The notes: a model not told the origin generated them from the letters alone. A stretch of 64,000 bases of DNA from an uncultured Gammaproteobacteria bacterium (GCA_964551605.1 CAZKCV010000005.1:7104-71103); one strand, 5' to 3'. Counted from the stretch's first letter, positions 1 to 10,665 are shown. Numbers and translations: made by a program.

Positions 1-2601
1 ATCTTCCATTCTGATAATGACATCATGAGCTACATCCACTAGCCTCCTGGTTAAATATCCGGCATCTGCTGTTTTCAAGGCTTTGTCAGCCACACCTTTT
101 CTGGCTCCCCGGGCGGAAGTAAAGTATTCAAAGACAGATAAGCCTTGTCTGTAATTTGACTTAGTCGGCAATTCCACAATTTTACCTGTCGGATCAGTTG
201 ACAGACCCCTCATGGCAGAAAGCTGCTTTGCCTGATCTCTGGACCCCCGGGCTCCTGCTTCAACCATCATTCTAATCGGGTTTTTAAGACCCAAGTATTC
301 CCAAGTGGCATTAGCCAGCTCTTCCGTTACTTTAATCCAAACCATCTGGCTAAGTTGCGATTTTTCCTGAGGCGTGATCAAACCTTTGGCAGTATTTGCC
401 TCAATGGCAGCAATTTCCTTCATGGCATTATCCAGGTACTTTTGTTTATCCGGAACCACCCTGGCATCGAATATGGAAATTGAAATACCGGCAATGGTAG
501 CTCCCCAGAAACCCAAAGACTTAATACTGTCAATTAAATGCGTAACTTCTTCTTTACCTAAAGACTCCATCGCCCTCAGGATAATATCGCGGATAGTAAA
601 TCCTTTGATCACAATGTTTAAGTACCCCATCTGGGCCGGCAATACCTGATTAAATAAAATCCTGCCGACCGATGTTTCCATTACTTCACCGTCTATCTTA
701 ACTTGGATTTTTTCTTGGATCCCAACTTTATCAAGTGTATAGGCCCTGACCGCATCATCAGACAGTGCAAAAAACTTTAAGTCTTTCTGTTCGGGGTTAT
801 CCTCAATAAAGGTCAGATAATAACAACCCAAAGCCATTTCCCGGTTAGGTACGGTAATCGGCTGAGCATTAGCCGGCCCAAAGATATTTTCTTTGGCCAT
901 CATTAGCTGTTTAGCTTCTTCCTGAGCTTTGGCAGAAAGCGGCACATGTACAGCCATCTGGTCGCCGTCAAAATCTGCATTAAATCCGGCACAAATACAG
1001 GGATGAATGGCAATGGCATTACCATCTACCAAGGTGGGATAGAAAGCCTGAATACCTAATCTATGCAGAGTAGGCGCCCTATTGATTAAAATTGGATGCC
1101 CGGTGATGATCTCTTCTAAAATATCCCAAACCTCAGCCGGCCTAAGCTCTAAAACATTCTTCGCACCCTTAACGTTAGAGGCCAACCCCCTGGCTATCAT
1201 CTCACGCAACACAAAAGGCTTAAACATCTCAAGCGCCATTTCCTTTGGCAGTCCGACCTGATCCAAACCGAGTTTTGGTCCGATCACAATGACCGATCTT
1301 CCGGAATAATCAACCCTTTTACCCAAAAGGTTCTGCCTGAATCTGCCTTGTTTACCCCGTAACATGTCGGACAAAGAACGCAAGACATGGGTGGTGGCTG
1401 CACCGCCCCGCCTGGAAGTTCTGGATGAAGCATCAATCAAGCTGTCTACGGCTTCCTGCAGCATCCTTTTTTCATTCCGTAAAATAATTTCCGGAGCACC
1501 CAGATTAATCAACCGGTTTAACCTGTTATTCCTGTTAATAACCCTCCGGTATAGATCGTTCAGATCAGAAGTGGCAAATCGCCCTCCGGGCAACTGCACC
1601 ATCGGCCTAAGGTCAGGCGGCAAAACCGGCAGTACCCGCAAAATTAACCAGGTCGCCGAGATTCCCGACGAACGCATCCCTTCAATAACCCTGAGCCTTT
1701 TGGTGGCTTTAATATGTTTCTGGCCGGTGGATTTTCTGACCTCTTCCCGCAAATTAGCCGCTAATTTATCCAGGTCTAATTTCTCCAATATAGCAAGCAG
1801 GGCTTCTGCCCCCATGCCTACTTCGACAAAATCAGATACTCCGTATTCGGAAAGTTTATAGTATTCTTCTTCCGATAACAGCTTCAGCAGTGTTACAGCC
1901 TTAACCAAATCAGCAACTGCTTTGAAAATACTTTCCAGAGTAGTAATTTCCCCGACTAAACCATCCCTGAGCTTTTGAATCTCTGACCTGACTTTCAATT
2001 CATGTTCCTGTGCTTCCAGCTCAAACTTTTCTTTTTCCGATTTCTTCTTTAAGTCGGCCAATTCTTTTTTCAGATTATCTTCTAACTGCTTGATGCCATC
2101 CTCTAGGTTCTCTTTATACTCTGCGGTCTTAGCTTCCAAATCTTTTTCTAATTTTTCTAAGGCCTTGGTTTTACCGTTCGGGTCAATATTAGTAACAACA
2201 TATGAAGCGAAATAAATAACCGCTTCCAGGTTTTTGGGCGAGATATCCAAAATCAAGGAAAGCTTGGAGGGCGCCCCCTTCACAAACCAACTGTGAGCAA
2301 CCGGGGTGGCCAGATTAATATGTCCCATTCTTTCTCGCCTGACCTTGCTCTGGGTCACTTCAACTCCGCATTTGTCACAAATAACCCCTCTAAATCTGAT
2401 CCTCTTATATTTACCGCAGTAACATTCATAATCTTTAGTCGGACCGAAAATATTTTCGGAGAATAAACCGTCTTTTTCAGCTTTTAAGGTTCTGTAGTTA
2501 ATTGTTTCCGGTTTGGTTACCTCGCCAAAAGACCAGCTACGGATTTGTTCCGGGCTGGCAACAGTTAATCTTAAGCTTTCAAAATCTAATAGATCGTTCA
2601 T
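1..2601 (-). CDS. rpoC: DNA-directed RNA polymerase subunit beta' (N-terminal ~867 codons; gene continues past window start)
   Basis: Minus-strand frame is open from 2601 to position 1. N-terminus reads MNDLLDFESLRLTVASPEQIRSWSFGEV and the zinc ribbon CYCGKYKRIRFRGVICDKCGVEV follows. Near the window edge it reads ...GYLTRRLVDVAHDVIIRMED, the conserved beta' region. The ATG overlaps the rpoB stop (ATGA at 2598-2601). Confidence 0.9.
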   Translation of the reverse strand, partial: MNDLLDFESLRLTVASPEQIRSWSFGEVTKPETINYRTLKAEKDGLFSENIFGPTKDYECYCGKYKRIRFRGVICDKCGVEVTQSKVRRERMGHINLATPVAHSWFVKGAPSKLSLILDISPKNLEAVIYFASYVVTNIDPNGKTKALEKLEKDLEAKTAEYKENLEDGIKQLEDNLKKELADLKKKSEKEKFELEAQEHELKVRSEIQKLRDGLVGEITTLESIFKAVADLVKAVTLLKLLSEEEYYKLSEYGVSDFVEVGMGAEALLAILEKLDLDKLAANLREEVRKSTGQKHIKATKRLRVIEGMRSSGISATWLILRVLPVLPPDLRPMVQLPGGRFATSDLNDLYRRVINRNNRLNRLINLGAPEIILRNEKRMLQEAVDSLIDASSRTSRRGGAATTHVLRSLSDMLRGKQGRFRQNLLGKRVDYSGRSVIVIGPKLGLDQVGLPKEMALEMFKPFVLREMIARGLASNVKGAKNVLELRPAEVWDILEEIITGHPILINRAPTLHRLGIQAFYPTLVDGNAIAIHPCICAGFNADFDGDQMAVHVPLSAKAQEEAKQLMMAKENIFGPANAQPITVPNREMALGCYYLTFIEDNPEQKDLKFFALSDDAVRAYTLDKVGIQEKIQVKIDGEVMETSVGRILFNQVLPAQMGYLNIVIKGFTIRDIILRAMESLGKEEVTHLIDSIKSLGFWGATIAGISISIFDARVVPDKQKYLDNAMKEIAAIEANTAKGLITPQEKSQLSQMVWIKVTEELANATWEYLGLKNPIRMMVEAGARGSRDQAKQLSAMRGLSTDPTGKIVELPTKSNYRQGLSVFEYFTSARGARKGVADKALKTADAGYLTRRLVDVAHDVIIRMED

Positions 2602-5600
2602 TCCCCCTCCTCCTTTTCTTTCTCTGCTTCTGCATTTGCATCAACTACTTCAAAAGAACTGCCTTCAGCTTCAAGCTCTCCTTCACCGGCAATCGGCTTC
2701 ATTTCTAAAGCTTCTTCCATTTGCGCTACCTCAGCTGCTACGCCGGCTGCCTCTTCAACTTCCGGAGCTGAGACTATCTTAGCACCGAGTGTATCTACGG
2801 ATAAACCTAAAGCCTGCAACTCTTTAACTAAAACCTTAAAAGATTCCGGAATTAAAGCCTGCGGGATATCTATCCCTTTAACAATTGCTTCAAAAGTCTT
2901 AGCCCTGCCTACCACATCATCGGATTTTATTGTCAACATCTCCTGTAAGATATGGGCAGCACCATATGCTTCCAGCGCCCAAACTTCCATCTCTCCTAAA
3001 CGCTGACCGCCCATTTGAGCTTTTCCGCCCAAAGGCTGCTGGGTAACCAGGGAATATGGTCCGGTGGAACGGGCATGAATTTTTTCTTCCACCATGTGGA
3101 TTAGTTTGAGAATGTAATTCCTGCCTACTACTACGGTATTGCCGAACGGTTGCCCTGTCCTACCGTCAAAAAGCTGAGTTTTGCCGTCTGTTGAAAATCC
3201 TGCTTTTTGCAACTCTTCGATTAGTTTCTCTTCAGGAACTTTCTCAAAAACAGGAACAGCTATTTTATAGCCTAATTTCTTGGCTGCAAAACCCCAGTGT
3301 GTTTCCAGCAATTGTCCCAAATTCATCCTGGACAACACTGATAAAGGAGAAATAATAATGTCAATCGGTGTACCGTCTGCCAAATGGGGCATGTCTGCAA
3401 CAGGCACAATCCTGGAGATAACACCTTTATTACCATGCCGGCCGGCCAGTTTATCTCCGGCAGTAACTTTTCTAAGTTGGGCTACCTTAACCTTAATCCT
3501 CATCAAAGTTCCTGTATCCAGTTCATCACCTTCGTCACGCGAGAGGATCTGCACACCGATTACAGTACCCCTTTCGCCGTGGGGAATCCGCAGGGAAGTA
3601 TCCCTGACTTCTTTAGCCTTTTCTCCGAAAATAGCCCTTAGCAACCTCTCTTCTGCCGTCAGTTCGGTTTCACCTTTAGGCTGAACCTTACCAACTAAAA
3701 TATCATTCGGTCCCACCTCTGCTCCGATCCTAACAATGCCACCCTCATCCAAGTTAACTAAGGCTTCTTCTGAAACATTGGGAATATCATTGGTCAGCTC
3801 TTCCGGACCAAGCTTAGTTTCTACTACATCAACTTCATATTCCTCAATGTGGATGGAGGTTAATACATCATCTTTGACTAATCTATCGGAGATCACAATA
3901 GCATCTTCATACCCCAAACCGTCAAAGCTCATGTAGGCAATAAGCAGATTCTGCCCCAGTGCCAACTCCCCGCCTTCAGAAGCTACGCCGTCAATCAGCA
4001 AATCGCCTTTTTTTACCTTTGTCCCTGAATTTACAACCGGCCTTTGTGAATAACAGGTCCCTTGCGGAGAATGTACGAACTTCTTGATCTCATATTTGAA
4101 CTCCTCATTTTTACCTCCAGAGGAGGGGCGTGTTGTTTTTAAGATCAGCTTTTTACCGTCTACGTATTTTATTTCCCCATCTTCAGGTGCCCGTACTACC
4201 CTCCCCATATTATCGGCCACTATCTTCTCCATACCAGTTCCGACAATCGGAGCAGCAGGCTTAAGTAAAGGCACTGCCTGGCATTGCATTTGGGTACCCA
4301 TCAAAGCCCTATTAGCATCATCATTCGCTAAGAATGGGATCAAAGCAGCCGAAGTCCCAAAAATCTGTTGAGGAGAAATATCTATTAAGGAAATATTTTC
4401 TACCGGCCCTTCAAAGAAACTGCCTCGGAAACGGGTTGGTACCCTTTTATCTAAAATGTAGCCTTTGTCATCTGTATTTACTGTGGCTTCGGTAATATAG
4501 GAATCCTCCTCATCATCAGCGGTAAAATAAACCACCTCGTTGGTAACCCGCGGCCTGCCTTTTTCTTTTACCACCTTTCTATAAGGGGTTTCCAAAAAGC
4601 CATACTCGTTGATACGGGCGTATAAAGCCAAGTATGTCACCAAGCCAATATTTTGCCCTTCAGGGGATCGAATCGGATCGATTCTGCCGTATTGAGAATG
4701 ATTAATATCCCTGACGGAGAAGCTGGCTCTGTCCCGGGTAATACCGCCTGCTCCCATAACGGATAATCTCCTCAGATGGTCCAGTTCCGATAAAGGATTA
4801 ACCTGATCCAAAATGGAGGATAGTTGTGAAGAGCGGAAAAATTCATTAATGGCAGCAATGACAGGTTTAGCATTAATTAATCCACCGGGAGTAACTTCCT
4901 GGTCAACGGCTGTTAAACTCATTCTTTCCTTGATAATTCTTTCCAGCCTTAACACTCCGATCCGGAAAGCATTTTGCTGAACCAGTTCACCGGCACACCT
5001 GACCCTTCTGTTGGCCAAATGATCTATGTCGTCTAATTTGCCCTCACCGAGACTTAATTTAATCAGATACTTTAGAGTGGCAATTATATCTTCTTTGGTT
5101 AAAATCCAATTCTCCGAGGTATTAGGTAAACTTAAGTTTAATCTTTTATTGATTTTATATCTGCCCACCCGGATCAGATTATAACGGCGGGAGTTAAAAA
5201 ACATGCCGTCCAGTAAAGCCTTGGCATTATCCAAAACTACCGGATCTCCCGGACGCATCTTCCTGAAGATTTCTAAAAGTGCCTCATCCGTACTGGTAGT
5301 TGGGTCTTTAGATAAGGTATTGGCGATAAAATTATCCTCTTCCGTTTCAACATCGGCAAAAAGTTCTTTAATCGCTTCATTATCGGAAAATCCCAAAGCG
5401 CGAAGTAAAGTAGTGGCGGCAAATTTTCTCCTTCTGTCGATTTTAGCAGTTAAAACACCACCCCTGGTGATGGAAAATTCCAGCCAGGAACCCCGATACG
5501 GCCTGATCTCTGCCGAAAATAACCTTCTTCCGGTAATCGGATCATCACTGGCCTGAAAAAAGACACCGGGGGAGCGAACCAACTGGTTAATTATCACTCT

Positions 5601-5984
5601 TTCTACCCCGTTTATAATAAATGTTCCCTTATCGGTCATCTGCGGTATATCGCCCAGGAATACATCCTGTTTGTATTCCTGCCCTGTTTGCTTATTTAAT
5701 AAGATGGCCTCAATTTTTAAGGGAGCATCATAGGTAACACCTTTTTCGCTGGCGACCTCCGGAGTGTATTTGGATTTACCGAAATAAAAGGACCCTAGTG
5801 CTAGGGTCCAATTCTTTCCTGTAAAATCTTCTACAGGAGAGATCTCCTCGAGGACTTCTTTAATCCCGGTTTTAAGGAACCAATGATAAGAATCAAGTTG
5901 AATTTTAATTAAATTAAGCTCAGGAAGAGAAACGGGTGCTTTACTCCAATATTTACGATCATTAATAGATGAGTTTAATGACAT
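2598..5984 (-). CDS. rpoB: DNA-directed RNA polymerase subunit beta, with an acidic C-terminal tail
   Basis: 1128-aa ORF with hallmark beta-subunit blocks (GEMEVWALEAYGAAHILQEMLTIKSDD, NMGRVVRAPEDG, rif-region QLSQFMDQ-like). It sits directly upstream of rpoC. Confidence 0.95.
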   Translation of the reverse strand: MSLNSSINDRKYWSKAPVSLPELNLIKIQLDSYHWFLKTGIKEVLEEISPVEDFTGKNWTLALGSFYFGKSKYTPEVASEKGVTYDAPLKIEAILLNKQTGQEYKQDVFLGDIPQMTDKGTFIINGVERVIINQLVRSPGVFFQASDDPITGRRLFSAEIRPYRGSWLEFSITRGGVLTAKIDRRRKFAATTLLRALGFSDNEAIKELFADVETEEDNFIANTLSKDPTTSTDEALLEIFRKMRPGDPVVLDNAKALLDGMFFNSRRYNLIRVGRYKINKRLNLSLPNTSENWILTKEDIIATLKYLIKLSLGEGKLDDIDHLANRRVRCAGELVQQNAFRIGVLRLERIIKERMSLTAVDQEVTPGGLINAKPVIAAINEFFRSSQLSSILDQVNPLSELDHLRRLSVMGAGGITRDRASFSVRDINHSQYGRIDPIRSPEGQNIGLVTYLALYARINEYGFLETPYRKVVKEKGRPRVTNEVVYFTADDEEDSYITEATVNTDDKGYILDKRVPTRFRGSFFEGPVENISLIDISPQQIFGTSAALIPFLANDDANRALMGTQMQCQAVPLLKPAAPIVGTGMEKIVADNMGRVVRAPEDGEIKYVDGKKLILKTTRPSSGGKNEEFKYEIKKFVHSPQGTCYSQRPVVNSGTKVKKGDLLIDGVASEGGELALGQNLLIAYMSFDGLGYEDAIVISDRLVKDDVLTSIHIEEYEVDVVETKLGPEELTNDIPNVSEEALVNLDEGGIVRIGAEVGPNDILVGKVQPKGETELTAEERLLRAIFGEKAKEVRDTSLRIPHGERGTVIGVQILSRDEGDELDTGTLMRIKVKVAQLRKVTAGDKLAGRHGNKGVISRIVPVADMPHLADGTPIDIIISPLSVLSRMNLGQLLETHWGFAAKKLGYKIAVPVFEKVPEEKLIEELQKAGFSTDGKTQLFDGRTGQPFGNTVVVGRNYILKLIHMVEEKIHARSTGPYSLVTQQPLGGKAQMGGQRLGEMEVWALEAYGAAHILQEMLTIKSDDVVGRAKTFEAIVKGIDIPQALIPESFKVLVKELQALGLSVDTLGAKIVSAPEVEEAAGVAAEVAQMEEALEMKPIAGEGELEAEGSSFEVVDANAEAEKEKEEGE

Positions 5985-6109
5985 GTTGTAGATGGCCTAT
6001 TGAGCAGATCTGTCTTGCCTACGGCACCAACAAAAGAAAGCATACGTACACGTACGCCTCCGTTTTTTATATTTAGTTGTGGTCAATATATCATGAAAAA
6101 CCTCATCCG

Positions 6110-6469
6110 TCAAGAGGCCAAATACTCCCTGGCTAAAGCTTCGTCTTTTTTCATCTGATCAATTAACTCTTTAGCAGAACTAAATTTTTTGTTACCTCTG
6201 ATTTTTTTTAGCAGTTTTATAGAAATCCATCTACCATAAAGGTTTTGCTTAAAATCCAAAATATATGTCTCAGCCTGGAAAGTTTTTTCATTAAAAGTTT
6301 TGGCTTTGCCTACAAAAGTGAGGGCCGGGTAGATTAAGTTGCCAATTTTAGCTTGGGAAACATAAATGCCTTCGGGGATATTTTTGCTTAAACTTATATT
6401 AGCTGTCGGAAAGCCTAATTTTTTACCCCTTTGGTTATGCTTCCTGACCTTTCCCCAAAACTTATCCAT
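6110..6469 (-). CDS. Monofunctional riboflavin kinase (RibF C-terminal domain only; no FMN adenylyltransferase domain)
   Basis: 119 aa with the GFPTANI motif and an overall riboflavin kinase domain pattern (KKLGFPTANISL...YGRWISIKLLKKIR). Confidence 0.75.
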   Translation of the reverse strand: MDKFWGKVRKHNQRGKKLGFPTANISLSKNIPEGIYVSQAKIGNLIYPALTFVGKAKTFNEKTFQAETYILDFKQNLYGRWISIKLLKKIRGNKKFSSAKELIDQMKKDEALAREYLAS

Positions 6470-6472
6470 AAA

Positions 6473-7429
6473 TTATCGATACTTAGACACATTCCGATTA
6501 TGCTCATCAAGGGTTTTAGCATAGTAGGAGTTGCCTTTTGAATCATGAAAATAATAAAGATAAGAGGTAGAAGAATCCGCATTAGCTACCGCTTTCAAGG
6601 AGGAAACAGACGGATTACTGATTGGGGCAGGCGGCAAACCGGTATGAAGGTAGGTGTTATAAAGAGAATCCACCTTTAGATCATCAAAGGTTAGATTTCT
6701 CTTCCACCAGCTTTTTTCTTTCTCTTGAAAACCAAGGGCGTATTGAACTGTCGCATCCGCATTAAGCGGCATATCTATTTTTAATCTTTTCAAAAGTATC
6801 GAGGCCACCATTTGCCTGACTTCATCTGAACGGGCCTCCCGTTCTACGATTGAAGCCAAAATTACCCCTTCTGCCTCAGTTAACCCTTGAGAGCGGATTT
6901 TTGAACGAAGCTCCGGAGTAAACCGGCTGTCAAAAGTATCTCTTAGAGTTTCTGCAATATAGCCGGCCGTAGCTTCCTTTGGAAAAAGATAGGTATCCGG
7001 AAACATATAACCCTCTTCTGTTAGTTCTAAGAATTTGGAATTTGGAATTTGGAATTTGGAATTTATTTCTGCAGCTATCTCTTCCACCCGCCACCCTTCT
7101 ATTAAGGTAATCCAGATATCTTCACTACCGGTTTGCAAAGTTCTGATAATTTCCGGTGTAGACATGGAAGAAGATAACTTATATGAGCCTGCTTGTAGTT
7201 TATTGGTCAAATTATTTTGCCTGACATAAATCTTAAAAGCCAGCTTTGATTTAATCAAGTTGTCTGCTTTTAGCCCTCGGGCAATTTCCGAAACACCGGC
7301 TCCTTTGGCTATAATAAATACTTGGGTATCTTTATTGGCAGAAACCGGGGCAAACTGACCCTCCCACCAACTCTTGGCAAAAAAAGTTATAATTATTATA
7401 AAGATTATAATTGTTATAAATCTTTTCAT
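6473..7429 (-). CDS. mltG: Endolytic murein transglycosylase MltG/YceG family
   Basis: N-terminal TM segment, YceG-like domain and C-terminal YNTYLHTGLPPAPISNP motif. It contains an in-frame (GAATTTG)4.x heptamer tract. Confidence 0.8.
   Translation of the reverse strand: MKRFITIIIFIIIITFFAKSWWEGQFAPVSANKDTQVFIIAKGAGVSEIARGLKADNLIKSKLAFKIYVRQNNLTNKLQAGSYKLSSSMSTPEIIRTLQTGSEDIWITLIEGWRVEEIAAEINSKFQIPNSKFLELTEEGYMFPDTYLFPKEATAGYIAETLRDTFDSRFTPELRSKIRSQGLTEAEGVILASIVEREARSDEVRQMVASILLKRLKIDMPLNADATVQYALGFQEKEKSWWKRNLTFDDLKVDSLYNTYLHTGLPPAPISNPSVSSLKAVANADSSTSYLYYFHDSKGNSYYAKTLDEHNRNVSKYR
7031..7065. repeat. Heptanucleotide tandem repeat (GAATTTG) x4 perfect + 1 imperfect inside mltG
   Basis: Direct reading of gaatttggaatttggaatttggaatttggaattta. 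On the minus strand it encodes IPNSKFQIPNSKF. Confidence 0.9.
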
Positions 7430-7803
7430 AGGCTATCCAAATAATTCTGTAGGATGCCTGCGGCAGAGTAAGCATCTTCATGCCGGCGTTTTTTCCGCTT
7501 TAATCCCTGCTCAATCATTACCTCTAAGGCCTTTTTACTGGACAGGGTCTCTTCAAAAGTTTCCACCTCAAACCCCTGTTTTCTTAAAGCCTTAACAAAA
7601 CCCATTACATTTTGACCCATTTTGCCCTCAGGCAAACCAACCACAATTTTATCAAACTCTCCACCTTTGATAACTTTTATAACCTTTTTCACTGCTTCAG
7701 AAAAACCTTTTACTTGAAGAATTTGCCATGGAGAAGCTAACTCGCCTTCTGATATAGCTAATCCAATTCTCGTTAAGCCAAAATCTATACCTAGATATCG
7801 CAT
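7426..7803 (-). CDS. ruvX: YqgF/RuvX-family putative pre-16S rRNA nuclease / Holliday junction resolvase-like
   Basis: 125 aa starting MRYLGIDFGLTRIGLAISEG, the typical YqgF N-terminus. Start/stop overlaps both neighbours. Confidence 0.8.
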   Translation of the reverse strand: MRYLGIDFGLTRIGLAISEGELASPWQILQVKGFSEAVKKVIKVIKGGEFDKIVVGLPEGKMGQNVMGFVKALRKQGFEVETFEETLSSKKALEVMIEQGLKRKKRRHEDAYSAAGILQNYLDSL

Positions 7804-8432
7804 CAGACTATTTTACCTAACACAACAAGCCTTTTGAGATTTAATCCCGGCGGCACACAGGTCATCAAAGAAATGTACCTACCCTGTTCATCAGGCGACG
7901 CAATAACGGACAGGTCACTGGGGTCAACAATTTTAAACCCTACCACCTTATATGTAAACCTGCTTCCGGCCGCTTCTACCACAATCTCGTCATCTTTTTT
8001 TAAGTCTGTCAGTTTGGCAAAGATTGCATTCTGACCAGGGATGAATTTACTGAATGCGGAATGACCGGAGATAAAAAGGTTACCCTTTTCTCCCGGCATA
8101 GCAGAACCGGGCAGTTGTACCAGCCCCCAGGACAGTTCGTTGCTGTCTACAAAAACGGTCTTCTGATCTATCTTTAACCGGGGTATGGTAATTAAAAACT
8201 GGTTATAACTCGGTCTTTCACTCCTGGTTGAATTTGAAACAAAAGCCGGAAAATTATTATTATCCCTAACTGAAACTCCCAACACTTGTCCGCTAGACTG
8301 CGTGGGACTAATTAGATCCTGATTATTATATTGCTGCCCAATAAACCATAACTGGAATGAAATAACCGGTAAAATTATCTGCAGAAGCAAAAAAACACCG
8401 ATTGATAAAAATGCTAGGGCCGCAAACTTCAT
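7803..8432 (-). CDS. Sortase-family transpeptidase (membrane anchored)
   Basis: N-terminal TM segment, conserved His (ISGHSAF) and catalytic-Cys motif LMTCVPPG (TLxTC-like), and a C-terminal Arg. Confidence 0.75.
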   Translation of the reverse strand: MKFAALAFLSIGVFLLLQIILPVISFQLWFIGQQYNNQDLISPTQSSGQVLGVSVRDNNNFPAFVSNSTRSERPSYNQFLITIPRLKIDQKTVFVDSNELSWGLVQLPGSAMPGEKGNLFISGHSAFSKFIPGQNAIFAKLTDLKKDDEIVVEAAGSRFTYKVVGFKIVDPSDLSVIASPDEQGRYISLMTCVPPGLNLKRLVVLGKIV

Positions 8433-10660
8433 TTAAGACCAACCTCAATTTTGATGTTCTTCGATAAAATCGGCAAGCGCTCCAGCGCTTTTGGCAACTT
8501 AGGATTTAAGTTAATTTCCGCACTCAAAATATTTTCCATCCCCTTTAAGATTTTTGTCACTTCTTCGGGTGGCTTAAATTTAATTTCCTTTCTTATTTTG
8601 TCCGTATTTAACTGAGGCATTAGTTTAGCCCTGAATTTTGCCAAAAATATTAACTTGCCGTCTTTTTCCAGCTTTGAAACGTCAGCCTGTGTTTCTGTTT
8701 CCGAGATATTTAAACTAAATCCCTCAGGTACCTGTGTTGTAACCAATTTTGAAACTATGGTTTTTAGGTCAATATCATCAAAAGCGGTTCCCTTATACTT
8801 AACTGTCATATTTAAAGAGAACTCGCTGGCTTGATCATTGATATTTTTGCTATAACTTTTTCTTACCGCACCCTCGGACAAAGCTTCCTGCAGTATCTTT
8901 TTGTTAGGATATTTTTCCTGCAACTTTTGTTGGGCCTGCTGCCTTAAATCCGAAGTCAGTTTAGCCAGCAATCTTTGTTGGTCTTCGCTCGAAACAACCG
9001 TCACGTCTTTAGATGTACCTCCGGAAAAATTCCCCTGTGCCTTACCTACGAACTGAGAGCTGGAAAAATTCCCTACGGTTAAGTTGGTATCTGACGGGAT
9101 ATTGCCGTCAGCACCGATATCACTTGCAGTTACCCTAACCGTGACTTTACTTTTTGAATCAGCATCAAGCAGTGTGGCAGAAACTGAAGCCGTATTATCT
9201 AACTTGAACTTGATACCGCCGGGGGTTGTGAAAGTCGTCCCGGCTGAAAAATTCTGCCCTTGCGTAGTATTATTAATGATTACTACCGTGCCTTTCGCAG
9301 GATCTCCGATTTGTCTTTTACCGGAAGCCGGACCTTTGGCTGAACCGGATACTTCCGTTTCGACTATTTGTCCGGGAATTATTCTGGCTCCTTCATCAAC
9401 AGCTTTCTGGTTTGGATCAGCTATTACCTGTGCATCTTTTTCCAAAACTTTAGGTTCCACAAAAATCTTTACCCGAGCTGTAGGCAAGAAAATATAAGCA
9501 CCTAAAAGTAAACTTAAACCTATCCCTGCTGCCAATGGAATAATGAATTTTCTTGGGATAAAACTTCTGCCCTGTCGCGGCAAAGGGGGAGTAGCAACTG
9601 AAGGAGTTGTTTCTTCATCGAAATCTTCCATTTTTAAGGGTTGTTCCGCCGGCGCTACCAGCTCTTCACTATTTAGCTTCTCCTGCTCTGATAACTCTTC
9701 ATTTATTAAAGTCTCTTGACTGTCTTCCTGTGCCTCCTTTGAAACATCCCCTACTACAAATCCCAGATTATCTTCCTGGGTCACTTCCTGCTTCTTTGTT
9801 TCCTCCTCTGTATTTTCTGTTTCCTCTGTTTCCGGGCCTTTCGATTCTTCCGGACTTTTTGCTTCATCAATAGTCACTTTTTCAGTTTCTCTGTCTTGAG
9901 GAGCATCTACATAAGAGATATCTGTATTTATTTCTGACCCGCCTGCCAGACAAACGCTTTTAATTTCCAAATCCTGCTCCAGAACTTCTATCTTCGGCAG
10001 ATGCAGAAATGAAAGTTTAGACATCCAGGAAAAAGATAAAAGCTCTGATTTAAGTTTCGAAGTGGTATCGCCATATATCAATATCTTAGAAGGCAATGTT
10101 TCAACATCAGTAAAGGTTAATAAAGCCTTTTCTATATCAGAGCCCGCGGTTTCCCCTCTTTTGATTACTTTTACACCGTCAATCTTGCCTGCCCGAGCTA
10201 CGGTTACAGTCAGATGTTCTTTCTCAAAACCTACCAAAATAGCAGTGGTAGGAACACCATCCTGTCTTTCCAGAAAATGGACTAAGGCATTGCTGGTAGA
10301 AACATAGGCCATTGGGGTTAACTCTAGTTCTTTTACTAATTGACGAAGTATTCTTAAATATTCATCTTTTAAGTTATCGTCTGTTAGCCAGGAAGAGGGT
10401 ACTCCGAAAAGGATTTTTTGAGGTTCAATTTCCTTTAAGCCCAATACTTGATCCAGAAGCTTATCTAAAACCGTGGCAATTTCATCATTTGATGAGTATT
10501 CGGCGGAAGATAAACCTAAAATCTTTAAATCCTTGCCTTCTATCAACCAAAGGGCGGCAGTAATCCTTTCTGCACTGATATTGGTAGCAAAAAAATATTC
10601 TTTTTTTTCTTCCTTCTTCCCTATCGGTAAAAAGGCAGTTACTTTATTAAGGAAGTCCAT
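8429..10660 (-). CDS. Hypothetical bitopic membrane protein (cytoplasmic N-domain, acidic E/T-rich linker, one TM, ~350-aa extracytoplasmic domain)
   Basis: 743-aa ORF with a TM segment FIIPLAAGIGLSLLLGAYIFL and a long EETENTEEETKKQE linker. The N-domain is vaguely FtsA/PilM-like but not assignable from sequence alone. Confidence 0.45.
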   Translation of the reverse strand: MDFLNKVTAFLPIGKKEEKKEYFFATNISAERITAALWLIEGKDLKILGLSSAEYSSNDEIATVLDKLLDQVLGLKEIEPQKILFGVPSSWLTDDNLKDEYLRILRQLVKELELTPMAYVSTSNALVHFLERQDGVPTTAILVGFEKEHLTVTVARAGKIDGVKVIKRGETAGSDIEKALLTFTDVETLPSKILIYGDTTSKLKSELLSFSWMSKLSFLHLPKIEVLEQDLEIKSVCLAGGSEINTDISYVDAPQDRETEKVTIDEAKSPEESKGPETEETENTEEETKKQEVTQEDNLGFVVGDVSKEAQEDSQETLINEELSEQEKLNSEELVAPAEQPLKMEDFDEETTPSVATPPLPRQGRSFIPRKFIIPLAAGIGLSLLLGAYIFLPTARVKIFVEPKVLEKDAQVIADPNQKAVDEGARIIPGQIVETEVSGSAKGPASGKRQIGDPAKGTVVIINNTTQGQNFSAGTTFTTPGGIKFKLDNTASVSATLLDADSKSKVTVRVTASDIGADGNIPSDTNLTVGNFSSSQFVGKAQGNFSGGTSKDVTVVSSEDQQRLLAKLTSDLRQQAQQKLQEKYPNKKILQEALSEGAVRKSYSKNINDQASEFSLNMTVKYKGTAFDDIDLKTIVSKLVTTQVPEGFSLNISETETQADVSKLEKDGKLIFLAKFRAKLMPQLNTDKIRKEIKFKPPEEVTKILKGMENILSAEINLNPKLPKALERLPILSKNIKIEVGLK

Positions 10661-10665
10661 ATAAA

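Noticed and set aside
374-1861. Plus-strand ORFs 374-649 and 1364-1861
   Set aside because: They lie antisense within the rpoC reading frame, which is open and conserved across 1-2601.
2598-2601. Possibility of an alternative genetic code (TGA recoding, as in some CPR lineages)
   Set aside because: TGA cleanly terminates rpoB (overlapping the rpoC ATG), the RT, uvrD and others at positions consistent with homologue lengths.
3280-5556. Several plus-strand ORFs (3280-3684, 3384-3641, 3736-3936, 4084-4371, 5203-5556) inside rpoB
   Set aside because: They are antisense to a strongly supported 1128-aa rpoB and have Ser/Pro/Leu-rich composition typical of a mirror-frame artefact.
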